Positions 38,365 to 52,324 are shown, counted from the first letter of the stretch. The stretch is 64,000 nucleotides of DNA from Macrostomum lignano (GCA_002269645.1 NIVC01000173.1:310001-374000), one strand, 5' to 3'. Program-made: numbers and translations. Notes: generated by a model from the sequence alone, not told the origin.

Positions 38365-38506
38365 ATGCAGTCGGCGCCACCAGTGGACGAGCCGTCGTCG
38401 ACGCAGAAACCGACAACACCGACACCGCCGGGCGGCAGATTGCACGGGCGTGCGAGATTTCCCAGGCATTTGTTCAGACGGCACCAGAGCCTTGAGCAGA
38501 TTAAAG
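38365..38506 (+). CDS. RASGRP: RasGRP-like exon 1 (putative start MQSAPPVDEP...)
   Basis: Acceptor CCCCCAAG| at 38348, ATG at 38365. Donor AAAG|GTATAT (phase 1) matches the acceptor at 48024. No homology support for this N-terminus. Confidence 0.5.
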
Positions 38507-38519
38507 GTATATTTACCTG

Positions 38520-41500
38520 TTAGACAGTAGTGTCAGTTGTGTTAGTGTCAGCTGTATGAGACAGTAGTGTCAGCTGTGTTAGTAGTGTCAGCTGTGTTAG
38601 ACAGTAGTGTCAGTTGTGTTAGACAGTTGTGTCAGTTGTGTTAGACAGTAGTGTCAGTTGTGTTAGACAGTAGTGTCAGTTGTGTTAGACAGTTGTGTCA
38701 GTTGTGTTAGACAGTAGTGTCAGCTGTGTTAGACAGTAGTGTCAGTTGTGTTAGACAGTTGTGTCAGTTGTGTTAGACAGTAGTGTCAGCTGTGTTAGAC
38801 AGTAGTGTCAGTTGTGTTAGACAGTAGTGTCAGCTGTTAAACAGTAGTGTCAGCTGTGTTAGACAGAAGTGTCAGCTGTGTTAGACAGTAGTGTCAGCTG
38901 TGTTAGACAGTAGTGTCAGCTGTATGAGACAGTATAGTGTCAGCTGTGTTCGACAGTAGTGTCAGCTGTATGAGACAGTAGTGTCAGCTGTATGAGACAG
39001 AAGTGTCAGCTGTGTTAGACAGTAGTGTCAGCTGTATGAGACAGTAGTGTCAGCTGTGTTCGACAGTAGTGTCAGCTGTATGAGACAGTAGTGTCAGCTG
39101 CATGAGACAGAAGTGTCAGCTGTGTTAGACAGTAGTGTCAGCTGTGTTCGACAGTAGTGTCAGCTGTATGAGACAGTAGTGTCAGCTGCATGAGACAGAA
39201 GTGTCAGCTGTGTTAGACAGTAGTGTCAGCTGTTAGAGACAGTAGTGTCAGCTGTGTTAGACAGAAGTGTCAGCTGTGTTAGACAGTAGTGTCAGCTGTG
39301 TTAGACAGTAGTGTCAGCTGTGTTAGACAGAAGTGTCAGCTGTATGAGACAGAAGTGTCAGCTGTGTTAGACAGTAGTGTCAGCTGTATGAGACAGTATA
39401 GTGTCAGCTGTGTTCGACAGTAGTGTCAGCTGTGTTAGACAAAAGTGTCAGCTGTGTTAGACAGTAGTGTCAGCTGTGTTAGACAGTAGTGTCAGCTGTA
39501 TGAGACAGTATAGTGTCAGCTGTGTTCGACAGTAGTGTCAGCTGTATGAGACAGTAGTGTCAGCTGTATGAGACAGAAGTGTCAGCTGTGTTAGACAGTA
39601 GTGTCAGCTGTGTTAGACAATAGTGTCAGCTGTATGAGACAGAAGTGTCAGCTGTATGAGACTACTGTTAGACAGTAGTGTCAGCTGTGTTAGACAGTAG
39701 TGTCAGCTGTGTTAGACAGAAGTGTCAGCTGTATGAGACAGAAGTGTCAGCTGTGTTAGACAGTAGTGTCAGCTGTATGAGACAGTATAGTGTCAGCTGT
39801 GTTCGACAGTAGTGTCAGCTGTGTTAGACAGAAGTGTCAGTTGTGTTAGACAGTAGTGTCAGTTGTGTTAGACAGTTGTGTCAGTTGTGTTAGACAGTAG
39901 TGTCAGTTGTGTTAGACAAAAGTGTCAGCTGTATGAGACAGTAGTGCCAGCTGTGTTAGACAGTAGTGTCAGCTGTTAGACAGTAGTGTCAGCTGTGTTA
40001 GACAGTAGTGTCAGCTGTATGAGACAGTAGTGTCAGCTGTGTTAGACAGTAGTGTCAGCTGTGTTAGACAGTAGTGTCAGCTGTATGAGACAGTAGTGTC
40101 AGCTGTTAGACAGAAGTGTCAGCTGTTAGACAGAAGTGTCAGCTGTATGAGACAGTAGTGCCAGCTGTGTTAGACAGTAGTGTCAGCTGTGTTAGACAGT
40201 AGTGTCAGCTGTTAGACAGAAGTGTCAGCTGTATGAGACAGTAGTGTCAGCTGTATGAGACAGTAGTGTCAGCTGTGTTAGACAGTAGTGTCAGCTGTAT
40301 GAGACAGTAGTGTCAGCTGTGTTAGACAGTAGTGTCAGCTGTGTTAGACAATAGTGTCAGCTGTATGAGACAGAAGTGTCAGCTGTGTTAGACAGTAGTG
40401 TCAGCTGTATGAGACAGAAGTGTCAGCTGTGTTAGACAGTAGTGTCAGCTGTGTTAGACAGTAGTGTCAGCTGTGTTAGACAGAAGTGTCAGCTGTATGA
40501 GACAGAAGTGTCAGCTGTGTTAGACAGTAGTGTCAGCTGTATGAGACAGTATAGTGTCAGCTGTGTTCGACAGTAGTGTCAGCTGTGTTAGACAGAAGTG
40601 TCAGCTGTGTTAGACAGTAGTGTCAGCTGTGTTAGACAGTAGTGTCAGCTGTATGAGACAGTATAGTGTCAGCTGTGTTCGACAGTAGTGTCAGCTGTAT
40701 GAGACAGTAGTGTCAGCTGTATGAGACAGAAGTGTCAGCTGTGTTAGACAGTAGTGTCAGCTGTGTTAGACAATAGTGTCAGCTGTATGAGACAGAAGTG
40801 TCAGCTGTGTTAGACAGTAGTGTCAGCTGTGTTCGACAGTAGTGTCAGCTGTGTTAGACAGTATTGTCAGCTGTATGAGACAGTATAGTGTCAGCTGTGT
40901 TAGACAGTAGTGTCTGCTGTATGAGACAGTAGTGTCAGCTGTATGAGACAGTAGTGTCAGCTGTATGAGACAGTATAGTGTCAGCTGTGTTAGACAGTAG
41001 TGTCAGCTGTATGAGACAGTAGTGTCAGCTGTATGAGACAGTAGTGTCAGCTGTGTTAGACAGAAGTGTCAGCTGTGTTAGACAGTAGTGTCAGCTGTGT
41101 TAGACAGTAGTGTCAGCTGTATGAGACAGTATAGTGTCAGCTGTGTTCGACAGTAGTGTCAGCTGTATGAGACAGTAGTGTCAGTTGTGTTAGACAGTTG
41201 TGTCAGTTGTGTTAGACAGTAGTGTCAGCTGTGTTAGACAGTAGTGTCAGTTGTGTTAGACAGTAGTGTCAGCTGTTAAACAGTAGTGTCAGCTGTGTTA
41301 GACAGAAGTGTCAGCTGTGTTAGACAGTAGTGTCAGCTGTGTTAGACAGTAGTGTCAGCTGTATGAGACAGTATAGTGTCAGCTGTGTTCGACAGTAGTG
41401 TCAGCTGTATGAGACAGTAGTGTCAGCTGTATGAGACAGAAGTGTCAGCTGTGTTAGACAGTAGTGTCAGCTGTATGAGACAGTAGTGTCAGCTGTGTTC

Positions 41501-44500
41501 GACAGTAGTGTCAGCTGTATGAGACAGTAGTGTCAGCTGCATGAGACAGAAGTGTCAGCTGTGTTAGACAGTAGTGTCAGCTGTGTTCGACAGTAGTGTC
41601 AGCTGTATGAGACAGTAGTGTCAGCTGCATGAGACAGAAGTGTCAGCTGTGTTAGACAGTAGTGTCAGCTGTATGAGACAGTATAGTGTCAGCTGTGTTC
41701 GACAGTAGTGTCAGCTGTGTTAGACAGAAGTGTCAGTTGTGTTAGACAGTAGTGTCAGTTGTGTTAGACAGTTGTGTCAGTTGTGTTAGACAGTAGTGTC
41801 AGTTGTGTTAGACAAAAGTGTCAGCTGTATGAGACAGTAGTGCCAGCTGTGTTAGACAGTAGTGTCAGCTGTTAGACAGTAGTGTCAGCTGTGTTAGACA
41901 GTAGTGTCAGCTGTATGAGACAGTAGTGTCAGCTGTGTTAGACAGTAGTGTCAGCTGTGTTAGACAGTAGTGTCAGCTGTATGAGACAGTAGTGTCAGCT
42001 GTTAGACAGAAGTGTCAGCTGTTAGACAGAAGTGTCAGCTGTATGAGACAGTAGTGCCAGCTGTGTTAGACAGTAGTGTCAGCTGTGTTAGACAGTAGTG
42101 TCAGCTGTTAGACAGAAGTGTCAGCTGTATGAGACAGTAGTGTCAGCTGTATGAGACAGTAGTGTCAGCTGTGTTAGACAGTAGTGTCAGCTGTATGAGA
42201 CAGTAGTGTCAGCTGTGTTAGACAGTAGTGTCAGCTGTGTTAGACAATAGTGTCAGCTGTATGAGACAGAAGTGTCAGCTGTGTTAGACAGTAGTGTCAG
42301 CTGTATGAGACAGAAGTGTCAGCTGTGTTAGACAGTAGTGTCAGCTGTGTTAGACAGTAGTGTCAGCTGTGTTAGACAGAAGTGTCAGCTGTATGAGACA
42401 GAAGTGTCAGCTGTGTTAGACAGTAGTGTCAGCTGTATGAGACAGTATAGTGTCAGCTGTGTTCGACAGTAGTGTCAGCTGTGTTAGACAGAAGTGTCAG
42501 CTGTGTTAGACAGTAGTGTCAGCTGTGTTAGACAGTAGTGTCAGCTGTATGAGACAGTATAGTGTCAGCTGTGTTCGACAGTAGTGTCAGCTGTATGAGA
42601 CAGTAGTGTCAGCTGTATGAGACAGAAGTGTCAGCTGTGTTAGACAGTAGTGTCAGCTGTGTTAGACAATAGTGTCAGCTGTATGAGACAGAAGTGTCAG
42701 CTGTGTTAGACAGTAGTGTCAGCTGTGTTCGACAGTAGTGTCAGCTGTGTTAGACAGTATTGTCAGCTGTATGAGACAGTATAGTGTCAGCTGTGTTAGA
42801 CAGTAGTGTCTGCTGTATGAGACAGTAGTGTCAGCTGTATGAGACAGTAGTGTCAGCTGTATGAGACAGTATAGTGTCAGCTGTGTTAGACAGTAGTGTC
42901 AGCTGTATGAGACAGTAGTGTCAGCTGTATGAGACAGTAGTGTCAGCTGTGTTAGACAGAAGTGTCAGCTGTGTTAGACAGTAGTGTCAGCTGTGTTAGA
43001 CAGTAGTGTCAGCTGTATGAGACAGTATAGTGTCAGCTGTGTTCGACAGTAGTGTCAGCTGTATGAGACAGTAGTGTCAGTTGTGTTAGACAGTTGTGTC
43101 AGTTGTGTTAGACAGTAGTGTCAGCTGTGTTAGACAGTAGTGTCAGTTGTGTTAGACAGTAGTGTCAGCTGTTAAACAGTAGTGTCAGCTGTGTTAGACA
43201 GAAGTGTCAGCTGTGTTAGACAGTAGTGTCAGCTGTGTTAGACAGTAGTGTCAGCTGTATGAGACAGTATAGTGTCAGCTGTGTTCGACAGTAGTGTCAG
43301 CTGTATGAGACAGTAGTGTCAGCTGTATGAGACAGAAGTGTCAGCTGTGTTAGACAGTAGTGTCAGCTGTATGAGACAGTAGTGTCAGCTGTGTTCGACA
43401 GTAGTGTCAGCTGTATGAGACAGTAGTGTCAGCTGCATGAGACAGAAGTGTCAGCTGTGTTAGACAGTAGTGTCAGCTGTGTTCGACAGTAGTGTCAGCT
43501 GTATGAGACAGTAGTGTCAGCTGCATGAGACAGAAGTGTCAGCTGTGTTAGACAGTAGTGTCAGCTGTTAGAGACAGTAGTGTCAGCTGTGTTAGACAGA
43601 AGTGTCAGCTGTGTTAGACAGTAGTGTCAGCTGTGTTAGACAGTAGTGTCAGCTGTGTTAGACAGAAGTGTCAGCTGTATGAGACAGAAGTGTCAGCTGT
43701 GTTAGACAGTAGTGTCAGCTGTATGAGACAGTATAGTGTCAGCTGTGTTCGACAGTAGTGTCAGCTGTGTTAGACAAAAGTGTCAGCTGTGTTAGACAGT
43801 AGTGTCAGCTGTGTTAGACAGTAGTGTCAGCTGTATGAGACAGTATAGTGTCAGCTGTGTTCGACAGTAGTGTCAGCTGTATGAGACAGTAGTGTCAGCT
43901 GTATGAGACAGAAGTGTCAGCTGTGTTAGACAGTAGTGTCAGCTGTGTTAGACAATAGTGTCAGCTGTATGAGACAGAAGTGTCAGCTGTATGAGACTAC
44001 TGTTAGACAGTAGTGTCAGCTGTGTTAGACAGTAGTGTCAGCTGTGTTAGACAGAAGTGTCAGCTGTATGAGACAGAAGTGTCAGCTGTGTTAGACAGTA
44101 GTGTCAGCTGTATGAGACAGTATAGTGTCAGCTGTGTTCGACAGTAGTGTCAGCTGTGTTAGACAGAAGTGTCAGTTGTGTTAGACAGTAGTGTCAGTTG
44201 TGTTAGACAGTTGTGTCAGTTGTGTTAGACAGTAGTGTCAGTTGTGTTAGACAAAAGTGTCAGCTGTATGAGACAGTAGTGCAGCTGTGTTAGACAGTAG
44301 TGTCAGCTGTTAGACAGTAGTGTCAGCTGTGTTAGACAGTAGTGTCAGCTGTATGAGACAGTAGTGTCAGCTGTGTTAGACAGTAGTGTCAGCTGTGTTA
44401 GACAGTAGTGTCAGCTGTATGAGACAGTAGTGTCAGCTGTTAGACAGAAGTGTCAGCTGTTAGACAGAAGTGTCAGCTGTATGAGACAGTAGTGCCAGCT

Positions 44501-46172
44501 GTGTTAGACAGTAGTGTCAGCTGTGTTAGACAGTAGTGTCAGCTGTTAGACAGAAGTGTCAGCTGTATGAGACAGTAGTGTCAGCTGTATGAGACAGTAG
44601 TGTCAGCTGTGTTAGACAGTAGTGTCAGCTGTATGAGACAGTAGTGTCAGCTGTGTTAGACAGTAGTGTCAGCTGTGTTAGACAATAGTGTCAGCTGTAT
44701 GAGACAGAAGTGTCAGCTGTGTTAGACAGTAGTGTCAGCTGTATGAGACAGAAGTGTCAGCTGTGTTAGACAGTAGTGTCAGCTGTGTTAGACAGTAGTG
44801 TCAGCTGTGTTAGACAGAAGTGTCAGCTGTATGAGACAGAAGTGTCAGCTGTGTTAGACAGTAGTGTCAGCTGTATGAGACAGTATAGTGTCAGCTGTGT
44901 TCGACAGTAGTGTCAGCTGTGTTAGACAGAAGTGTCAGCTGTGTTAGACAGTAGTGTCAGCTGTGTTAGACAGTAGTGTCAGCTGTATGAGACAGTATAG
45001 TGTCAGCTGTGTTCGACAGTAGTGTCAGCTGTATGAGACAGTAGTGTCAGCTGTATGAGACAGAAGTGTCAGCTGTGTTAGACAGTAGTGTCAGCTGTGT
45101 TAGACAGTAGTGTCAGCTGTATGAGACAGAAGTGTCAGCTGTGTTAGACAGTAGTGTCAGCTGTGTTCGACAGTAGTGTCAGCTGTGTTAGACAGTATTG
45201 TCAGCTGTATGAGACAGTATAGTGTCAGCTGTGTTAGACAGTAGTGTCTGCTGTATGAGACAGTAGTGTCAGCTGTATGAGACAGTAGTGTCAGCTGTAT
45301 GAGACAGTATAGTGTCAGCTGTGTTAGACAGTAGTGTCAGCTGTATGAGACAGTAGTGTCAGCTGTATGAGACAGTAGTGTCAGCTGTGTTAGACAGAAG
45401 TGTCAGCTGTGTTAGACAGTAGTGTCAGCTGTGTTAGACAGTAGTGTCAGCTGTATGAGACAGTATAGTGTCAGCTGTGTTCGACAGTAGTGTCAGCTGT
45501 ATGAGACAGTAGTGTCAGCTGTATGAGACAGAAGTGTCAGCTGTGTTAGACAGTAGTGTCAGCTGTGTTAGACAATAGTGTCAGCTGTATGAGACAGAAG
45601 TGTCAGCTGTGTTAGACAGTAGTGTCAGCTGTATGAGACAGAAGTGTCAGCTGTGTTAGACAGTAGTGTCAGCTGTGTTAGACAGTAGTGTCAGCTGTGT
45701 TAGACAGTAAGTGTCAGCTGTATGAGACAGAAGTGTCAGCTGTGTTAGACAGTAGTGTCAGCTGTATGAGACAGTAGTGTCAGCTGTGTTCGACAGTAGT
45801 GTCAGCTGTGTTAGACAGAAGTGTCAGCTGTGTTAGACAGTAGTGTCAGCTGTGTTAGACAGTAGTGTCAGCTGTATGAGACAGTAGTGTCAGCTGTGTT
45901 CGACAGTAGTGTCAGCTGTATGAGACAGTAGTGTCAGCTGTATGAGACAGTAGTGTCAGCTGTGTTAGACAGTAGTGTCAGCTGTGTTAGACAATAGTGT
46001 CAGCTGTATGAGACAGTAGTGTCAGCTGTATGAGACAGTAGTGTCAGCTGTATGAGACAGTATAGTGTCAGCTGTGTTAGACAGTAGTGTCAGCTGTATG
46101 TGTCAGCTGTATGAGACAGTAGTGTCAGCTGTGTTAGACAGTAGTGTCAGCTGTGTTAGACAGTAGTGTCAG
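38520..46172. repeat. 22-bp satellite (GACAGTAGTGTCAGCTGTGTTA), about 7.65 kb
   Basis: Continuous array in RasGRP intron 1, roughly 350 units estimated from length/22. Confidence 0.99.
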
Positions 46173-46999
46173 TGAGTTTTCAATCACATTTGTTGAGAAG
46201 CTTATTAGCTATAAATCCAGTCACTGAGTACATCTCAGAGTAAGGTACTTTCACTGTACATTGATTTTTGGCAACTACGAGCTGCCAAACTGAGCGATGG
46301 ACGGAATCGCATTAATTATTCATGAGCCGTCGGGAATGCTGAGGGATCAGCACAGGTGGCTTGCCAGATGCTTCATAGTTCTCCAGGGATCGCCTCATCT
46401 GCCAGTCTGAGCATTAAATATATCTGCTCATTTACCTTTCTTCTTCATCTGCCTGCTGTTACTTCTATCAGAAAAGCAATCATGCTAGAATTTGGACTGC
46501 ATTTCCTACCAGCAGCGCTGTAGGAATTAGGATACATCTTTCAGCTGCTGGAATTATTGAAGAGAAGGACGAGAGAGAGAGAGAAAGAGAACATGGTTGG
46601 GACCGCATCTATAAGAGGCTGGAATGAATTGAGACGCCAGGAGAAGCTAAAAAGAGGGGAGAGAGACGGAGATGGGAAGTCTTTGCAGGATGTTGTGCAA
46701 AAGGTTTAAAAAATGGCCTTCTTACTTTAGCATTTTCTGACAAGGATGCAACGGGACTGGTGAGCAGGCGGCTGCATTGGTGCTTTTTTGCAGGTCGCGC
46801 CAGAAGGAAGTGCAGACGACAGGGCGCTGTGAATGCTGAATGGCCCACTCATCTTTTAGCAGCTTCAAGTGCGTGTAATATGCGTGTACTAATCACAAAG
46901 GTTAGCATACGGTTGCCAATTCTGGTGAACAATGAAGACTATTGCTTAAGTTCTGTCACTGTGTGCACAGAAATACATTATATTGGTTCATATTCTTAG

Positions 47000-47460
<461 letters not shown>

Positions 47461-48024
47461 AGCCAGACAGACACAGCAGGCAGATGTATCCAGCTGAAGT
47501 GCATCAGCTCCCCTCAAAGTTGGCTATCAGCTCCGAGTGCCGCGGGCGGGAAGAAGTTCCGCCCCAGCCGGCAGCAGGCAGCTCAAAATCCGAGTCGGAG
47601 TCGCTGACTGGCCGAGGCGGAGCAGCGGGTATCGGAGCTGGGAAGGCGGTGGTCCAAGGGACTGGAATCTGCCGAGCCCCTTTCCCGGGGGGCAGGGAGG
47701 GATCCGTGAGTTGGGACAGGGCGAGAGGTGGAGCGCGCAAGGGGGCCCGAGAGGCGGGGAGCTGGCCGAGTGGGATGAGGGGGAGGGCAGGATCTGGGAC
47801 TCAAGCCGCACCGTCAAGTGTACTCAAGTGGCCGCGGCTCGGCTCGCGCCAAAAAGAGGGGGTGGTTAGACAGAAGTATAAAGAAAAAAGAAGCCAAAAA
47901 AACAAATTCAAGAAGCAAAGTCTCGCGGGCATCTGCGACCGTCTCTGCGTTCGCAGTTCCGACAGTCGCGGCTAGCGCTTTCCGAATAAATTTTTGTCAA
48001 GGCAGGGCTGAGACTGTTTGTTAG

Positions 48025-48367
48025 ACATGGAAAAGTCTGAAACTGGGACACCCGATGAATATCAACCAACTGCAGACTCGTCAGCCAAGATGCTGAATCA
48101 GCAGCAGCAGCAACGGCCGCAGCCAACGCCTCCGAGGCCGCAGAGGTCTTCACTTTCGCAGCCGCCTCAACTATCGCCTCATCAGTCGCCTCATCAGTCG
48201 CCTCATCAGTCGCCTCATCAGTCGCCTCAGGCGCTTCAGCTGTCTCCAGAGTCGCCCAGTCTTCATAAGAGACTTAACTACGCCTCGGCCACCGGTCTGC
48301 ACAGCCGGCACTCGACGGATGATGCCACAGTGTGTCGCTCTGGAGACGAACGGGGAGGTCAAGTCGG
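48025..48367 (+). CDS. RASGRP: RasGRP-like exon 2 (Q/P/S-rich, SPHQ repeats)
   Basis: Within ORF 48018..48371. Acceptor TTGTTAG|, donor GG|GTGAGT in phase 2. Confidence 0.75.
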
Positions 48368-48399
48368 GTGAGTCTTTGAGGATCTCTAACGGATTACCT

Positions 48400-48640
48400 T
48401 GAGATGAGAATATTTTACTTTGAGATGAGAATATTTTGCTTTGAGATGAGAATCTTTTGTTTTGAGATGAGAATCTTTTACCTTGAGATGAGAATATTTT
48501 GTTTTGAGATGAGAATCTTTTACCTTAAGATGAGAATCTTTTTCTTTGAGATGAGAATCTTTTACCTTGAGATGAGAATCTTTTTCTTTGAGATGAGAAT
48601 CTTTTGCTTTGAGATGAGAATCTTTTCCTTGAGATGAGAT
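48400..48640. repeat. 21-bp minisatellite (TTGAGATGAGAATCTTTTGCT)
   Basis: Fills RasGRP intron 2. Confidence 0.93.
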
Positions 48641-48665
48641 GGTACAATAACTTTAATTATCGCAG

Positions 48666-48796
48666 GCGTCATCAAAAGATCAGCGGTGACCTGCTGCTAG
48701 TGGATGAGCCGTCAAAAAGCCCCGATGGAACTAACGGAGTCACCGTTCGGGGAGGCACTCTGGTCGGCTTAGTGGAGTTTGGAATCTCCTGCTTTG
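48666..48796 (+). CDS. RASGRP: RasGRP-like exon 3 (start of REM)
   Basis: VRGGTLVGLVEFGISCF resembles the REM start (xGAxLxELIxxCIxSF). Splice phases are consistent. Confidence 0.8.
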
Positions 48797-48856
48797 GTGA
48801 GGATACTTTGTGATGTAAGGTGAAACATAACTCATTATGTGTACGCCTCCTGGCGG

Positions 48857-49262
48857 GATTCAGCCATAGACATAACCCATTATATGCACGCTCTGGAGAG
48901 ATTCAGCCATAGACATAACCCATTATATGCACGCTCTGGAGAGATTCAGCCATAGACATAACCCATTATATGCACGCCCTGGGGAGATTCAGCCATAGAC
49001 ATAACCCATTATATGCACGCCCTGGGGAGATTCAGCCATAGACATAACTCATTATATGCACGCTCTGGGGAGATTCAGCCATAGACATAACCCATTATAT
49101 GCACGCTCTGGGGAGATTCAGCCATAGACATAACCCATTATATGCACGCTCTGGGGAGATTCAGCCATAGACATAACCCATTATATGCACGCTCTGGGGA
49201 GATTCAGCCATAGACATAGCTCATTATATGCACGCTCTGGGGAGATTCAGCCATAGACATAT
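48857..49262. repeat. 43-bp minisatellite (GATTCAGCCATAGACATAACCCATTATATGCACGCTCTGGGGA)
   Basis: About 9 copies in RasGRP intron 3. Confidence 0.95.
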
Positions 49263-49395
49263 CAACACAAAATATACAGAGCTGAGCTCTAAACATATTT
49301 TAAATAAAATGAAGTAAAAAATCAAATGGCATTATCATGGAACAAGTACGAACTACATGTCTAAATTCTTAATACATTTCTACCAAACTAATCAG

Positions 49396-49555
49396 ACATA
49401 AACGGCAAGGACACCAGAGTTGACAATCAAGAGTTTCTCTGTGTTTTCTTTCTAATGCACGAGTGGATTTCGGACTCGCTGACCGTGGCTTCAACCATTA
49501 TTAGCCTGTGCCAGAGCAACCGGAACACGCTGAGGCGAGGCCTGCTTATGATACG
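49396..49555 (+). CDS. RASGRP: RasGRP-like exon 4 (REM)
   Basis: DINGKDTRVDNQEFLCVFFLMHEWISDSLTVA... matches the RasGRP 'FLMMHPWY' REM motif. Acceptor CTAATCAG|, donor CG|GTAAGG. Confidence 0.85.
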
Positions 49556-49617
49556 GTAAGGCAGCATCATGGTTTTGAATTGCTGGTGAGCAGGTGTAAT
49601 TTTAGCAAGGATTTTTA

Positions 49618-51027
49618 GAGGCTTTAGCACCAGAGGCTTTAGCACCAGGGGCTTTAGCACCAGGGGCTTTAGCACCAGGGTCTTTAGCAACAGGGTCTTT
49701 AGCAACAGGGGCTTTTAGCACCAGGGTCTTTAGCAACAGGGGCTTTTAGCACCAGTGGCTTTAGCACCAGTGGCTTTAGCACCAGGGGCTTTAGCAACAG
49801 GGGCTTTAGCACCAGGGGCTTTAGCACCAGGGCTTTTGGCACCAGGGTTTTTGGCACCGGGGCTTTTAGCACCAGGGTCTTAAGCAACAGGGGCTTTAGC
49901 AACAGGGGCTTTAGCACCAGGGTTTTTGGCACCAGGGGCTTTAGCACCAGGGGCTTTAGCAACAGGGGCTTTAGCACCAGGGCTTTTGGCACCAGGGGCT
50001 TTAGCACCAGGGTTTTTGGCACCGGGGCTTTTAGCACCAGGGTCTTTAGCACCAGGGCTTTTGGCACCAGGGGCTTTAGCACCAGGGTTTTTGGCACCGG
50101 GGCTTTTAGCACCAGGGTCTTTAGCAACAGGGGCTTTAGCAACAGGGGCTTTAGCACCAGGGTTTTTGGCACCAGGGGCTTTAGCACCAGGGGCTTTAGC
50201 AACAGGGGCTTTAGCACCAGGGGCTTTAGCACCAGGGCTTTTGGCACCAGGGTTTTTGGCACCGGGGCTTTTAGCACCAGGGTCTTAAGCAACAGGGGCT
50301 TTAGCAACAGGGGCTTTAGCACCAGGGTTTTTGGCACCAGGGGCTTTAGCACCAGGGGCTTTAGCAACAGGGGCTTTAGCACCAGGGCTTTTGGCACCAG
50401 GGGCTTTAGCACCAGGGTTTTTGGCACCGGGGCTTTTAGCACCAGGGTCTTTAGCACCAGGGCTTTTGGCACCAGGGGCTTTAGCACCAGGGTTTTTGGC
50501 ACCGGGGCTTTTAGCACCAGGGTCTTAAGCAACAGGGGCTTTAGCAACAGGGGCTTTAGCACCAGGGTTTTTGGCACCAGGGGCTTTAGCACCAGGGGCT
50601 TTAGCAACAGGGGCTTTAGCACCAGGGCTTTTGGCACCAGGGGCTTTAGCACCAGGGTTTTTGGCACCGGGGCTTTTAGCACCAGGGTCTTTAGCAACAG
50701 GGGCTTTAGCAACAGGGGCTTTAGCACCAGGGTTTTTGGCACCAGGGGCTTTAGCACCAGGGGCTTTAGCAACAGGGGCTTTAGCACCAGGGCTTTTGGC
50801 ACCAGGGGCTTTAGCACCAGGGTTTTTGGCACCGGGGCTTTTAGCACCAGGGTCTTTAGCACCAGGGCTTTTGGCACCAGGGGCTTTAGCACCAGGGTTT
50901 TTGGCACCGGGGCTTTTAGCACCAGGGTCTTTAGCAACAGGGGCTTTAGCAACAGGGGCTTTAGCACCAGGGTTTTTGGCACCAGGGGCTTTAGCACCAG
51001 GGGCTTTAGCACCAGGGGCTTTAGCAT
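49618..51027. repeat. 15-bp minisatellite (TTAGCACCAGGGGCT), about 1.4 kb
   Basis: The unit length is a multiple of 3, which creates the artefactual 442-aa ORF. Confidence 0.96.
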
Positions 51028-52324
51028 CCGACCCGACCCCGAACTTTCCCTGAAAGGAGAACGCTTTATCTCAGGCTTTCCGTGATGATTTTTTTTCCAA
51101 GAGTGACGACTGAAGGGAGTTACTCGTCCTGAGGTACCTCTAGTAGTCTGCTTCTCGTTTTCATTTGCAGTCCTGGCTCCTTAACTCCTATTTCTAGTCA
51201 TCAGCTGGCAATTTCAAGTCCTCACTCCTCTCCTCCCTATAATTTAACTCCTCATTCTTAAGATCTTAGCATTAACTTTAACATCCACTTACTTAAATGT
51301 TTACTAACTTGGGTTTAAGTTGTCATTGTTAGCGCAACATTCAAGTGTAACTTAATGAAGAATTAGAAAAAAAAGGTTAAACACCCTTAAGTATTTAATT
51401 CATGTGTTTAATAAAACTTGTTGCAATTAGAAATACAGGGATTTTTGAAATCCACAAGCATAGACCAGCGGCAAGCACAATCCAATGATTTATAAATTTT
51501 ATCCGTAAAACCCAAAATTTGTAATTTAAAACTTAAATTCAAGCATTATTTTCGGATTTTCGAAGTTTAAATATTCGCCTTTTTATGCTCAAAAAGCGTT
51601 ATATAACGGCTAGGAGAAATGTATTTTTAAAAAAGTTTATTTTTCCTTCAAACCCGAAAACCCCAAAAACCCGACCCTAAACCCGACCCAAAACCCAACC
51701 CGACCCCGAACCCCGAACACCTCTAGACTCACACCTCAATGCTCTGGGCTATATGATACAAAGACAATACGGTGTACTTTCTCTGTCTTCTATTTTCAAT
51801 AGTCAGATCAACCTCATGCTGTCGATAATTTCTAAGCCGTGAGCCCTCTAGTTTAGTACAAGTTTAGCCCTCAAGCCCAAAGGCTCTTGCCTTTGGCAAG
51901 AGCAGCCCTTTAGCAATAAAAAAGGCGAAGCAAGAGACGTGGTGCCTTAATCCCGTGAGCTAAAATGCTCGCTCTCTCGCTCTTCCCCATGCAGGTTTGG
52001 ACTAAATTTGAGTTTCGTTCAATTTAATAACGGAATTAGAACTAAAAAATTCAACGGGATTAGAGAGAAGAAGAAGAAGAAGAACGAGATGCTCAAGTGA
52101 TTTGGATTGGCGAGCCTTGCTTTGTTACTGACGATCGAGCAGAAGAGAGGAAGAGAAGGGGTGGAAGAGAGAAGGGAAACGGTCGAATCCATGCAGTCCA
52201 GTTTACAAGCCGAACCGCCCCTAGGCCTTGAAATTTTCTCCTTTCTTTTCTCTCGCAGCCCTCTACACTCTCATGCGCCAAGCTAGCTTAGCATCAATCG
52301 ATAGAAGGAGTGTACTGCTGGGCG

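Noticed and set aside
47484-47975. 163-aa GC-rich ORF upstream of RasGRP exon 2
   Set aside because: It has no motif and is not needed for the gene model, since 38506 joins 48025 in phase. It is probably an interspersed repeat next to the (GATA)n tract.
49699-51027. 442-aa minus-strand ORF (LKPLV repeats), the longest unexplained ORF
   Set aside because: It is the translation of a 15-bp intronic minisatellite whose unit is a multiple of 3. It has no unique sequence and lies antisense within a RasGRP intron.
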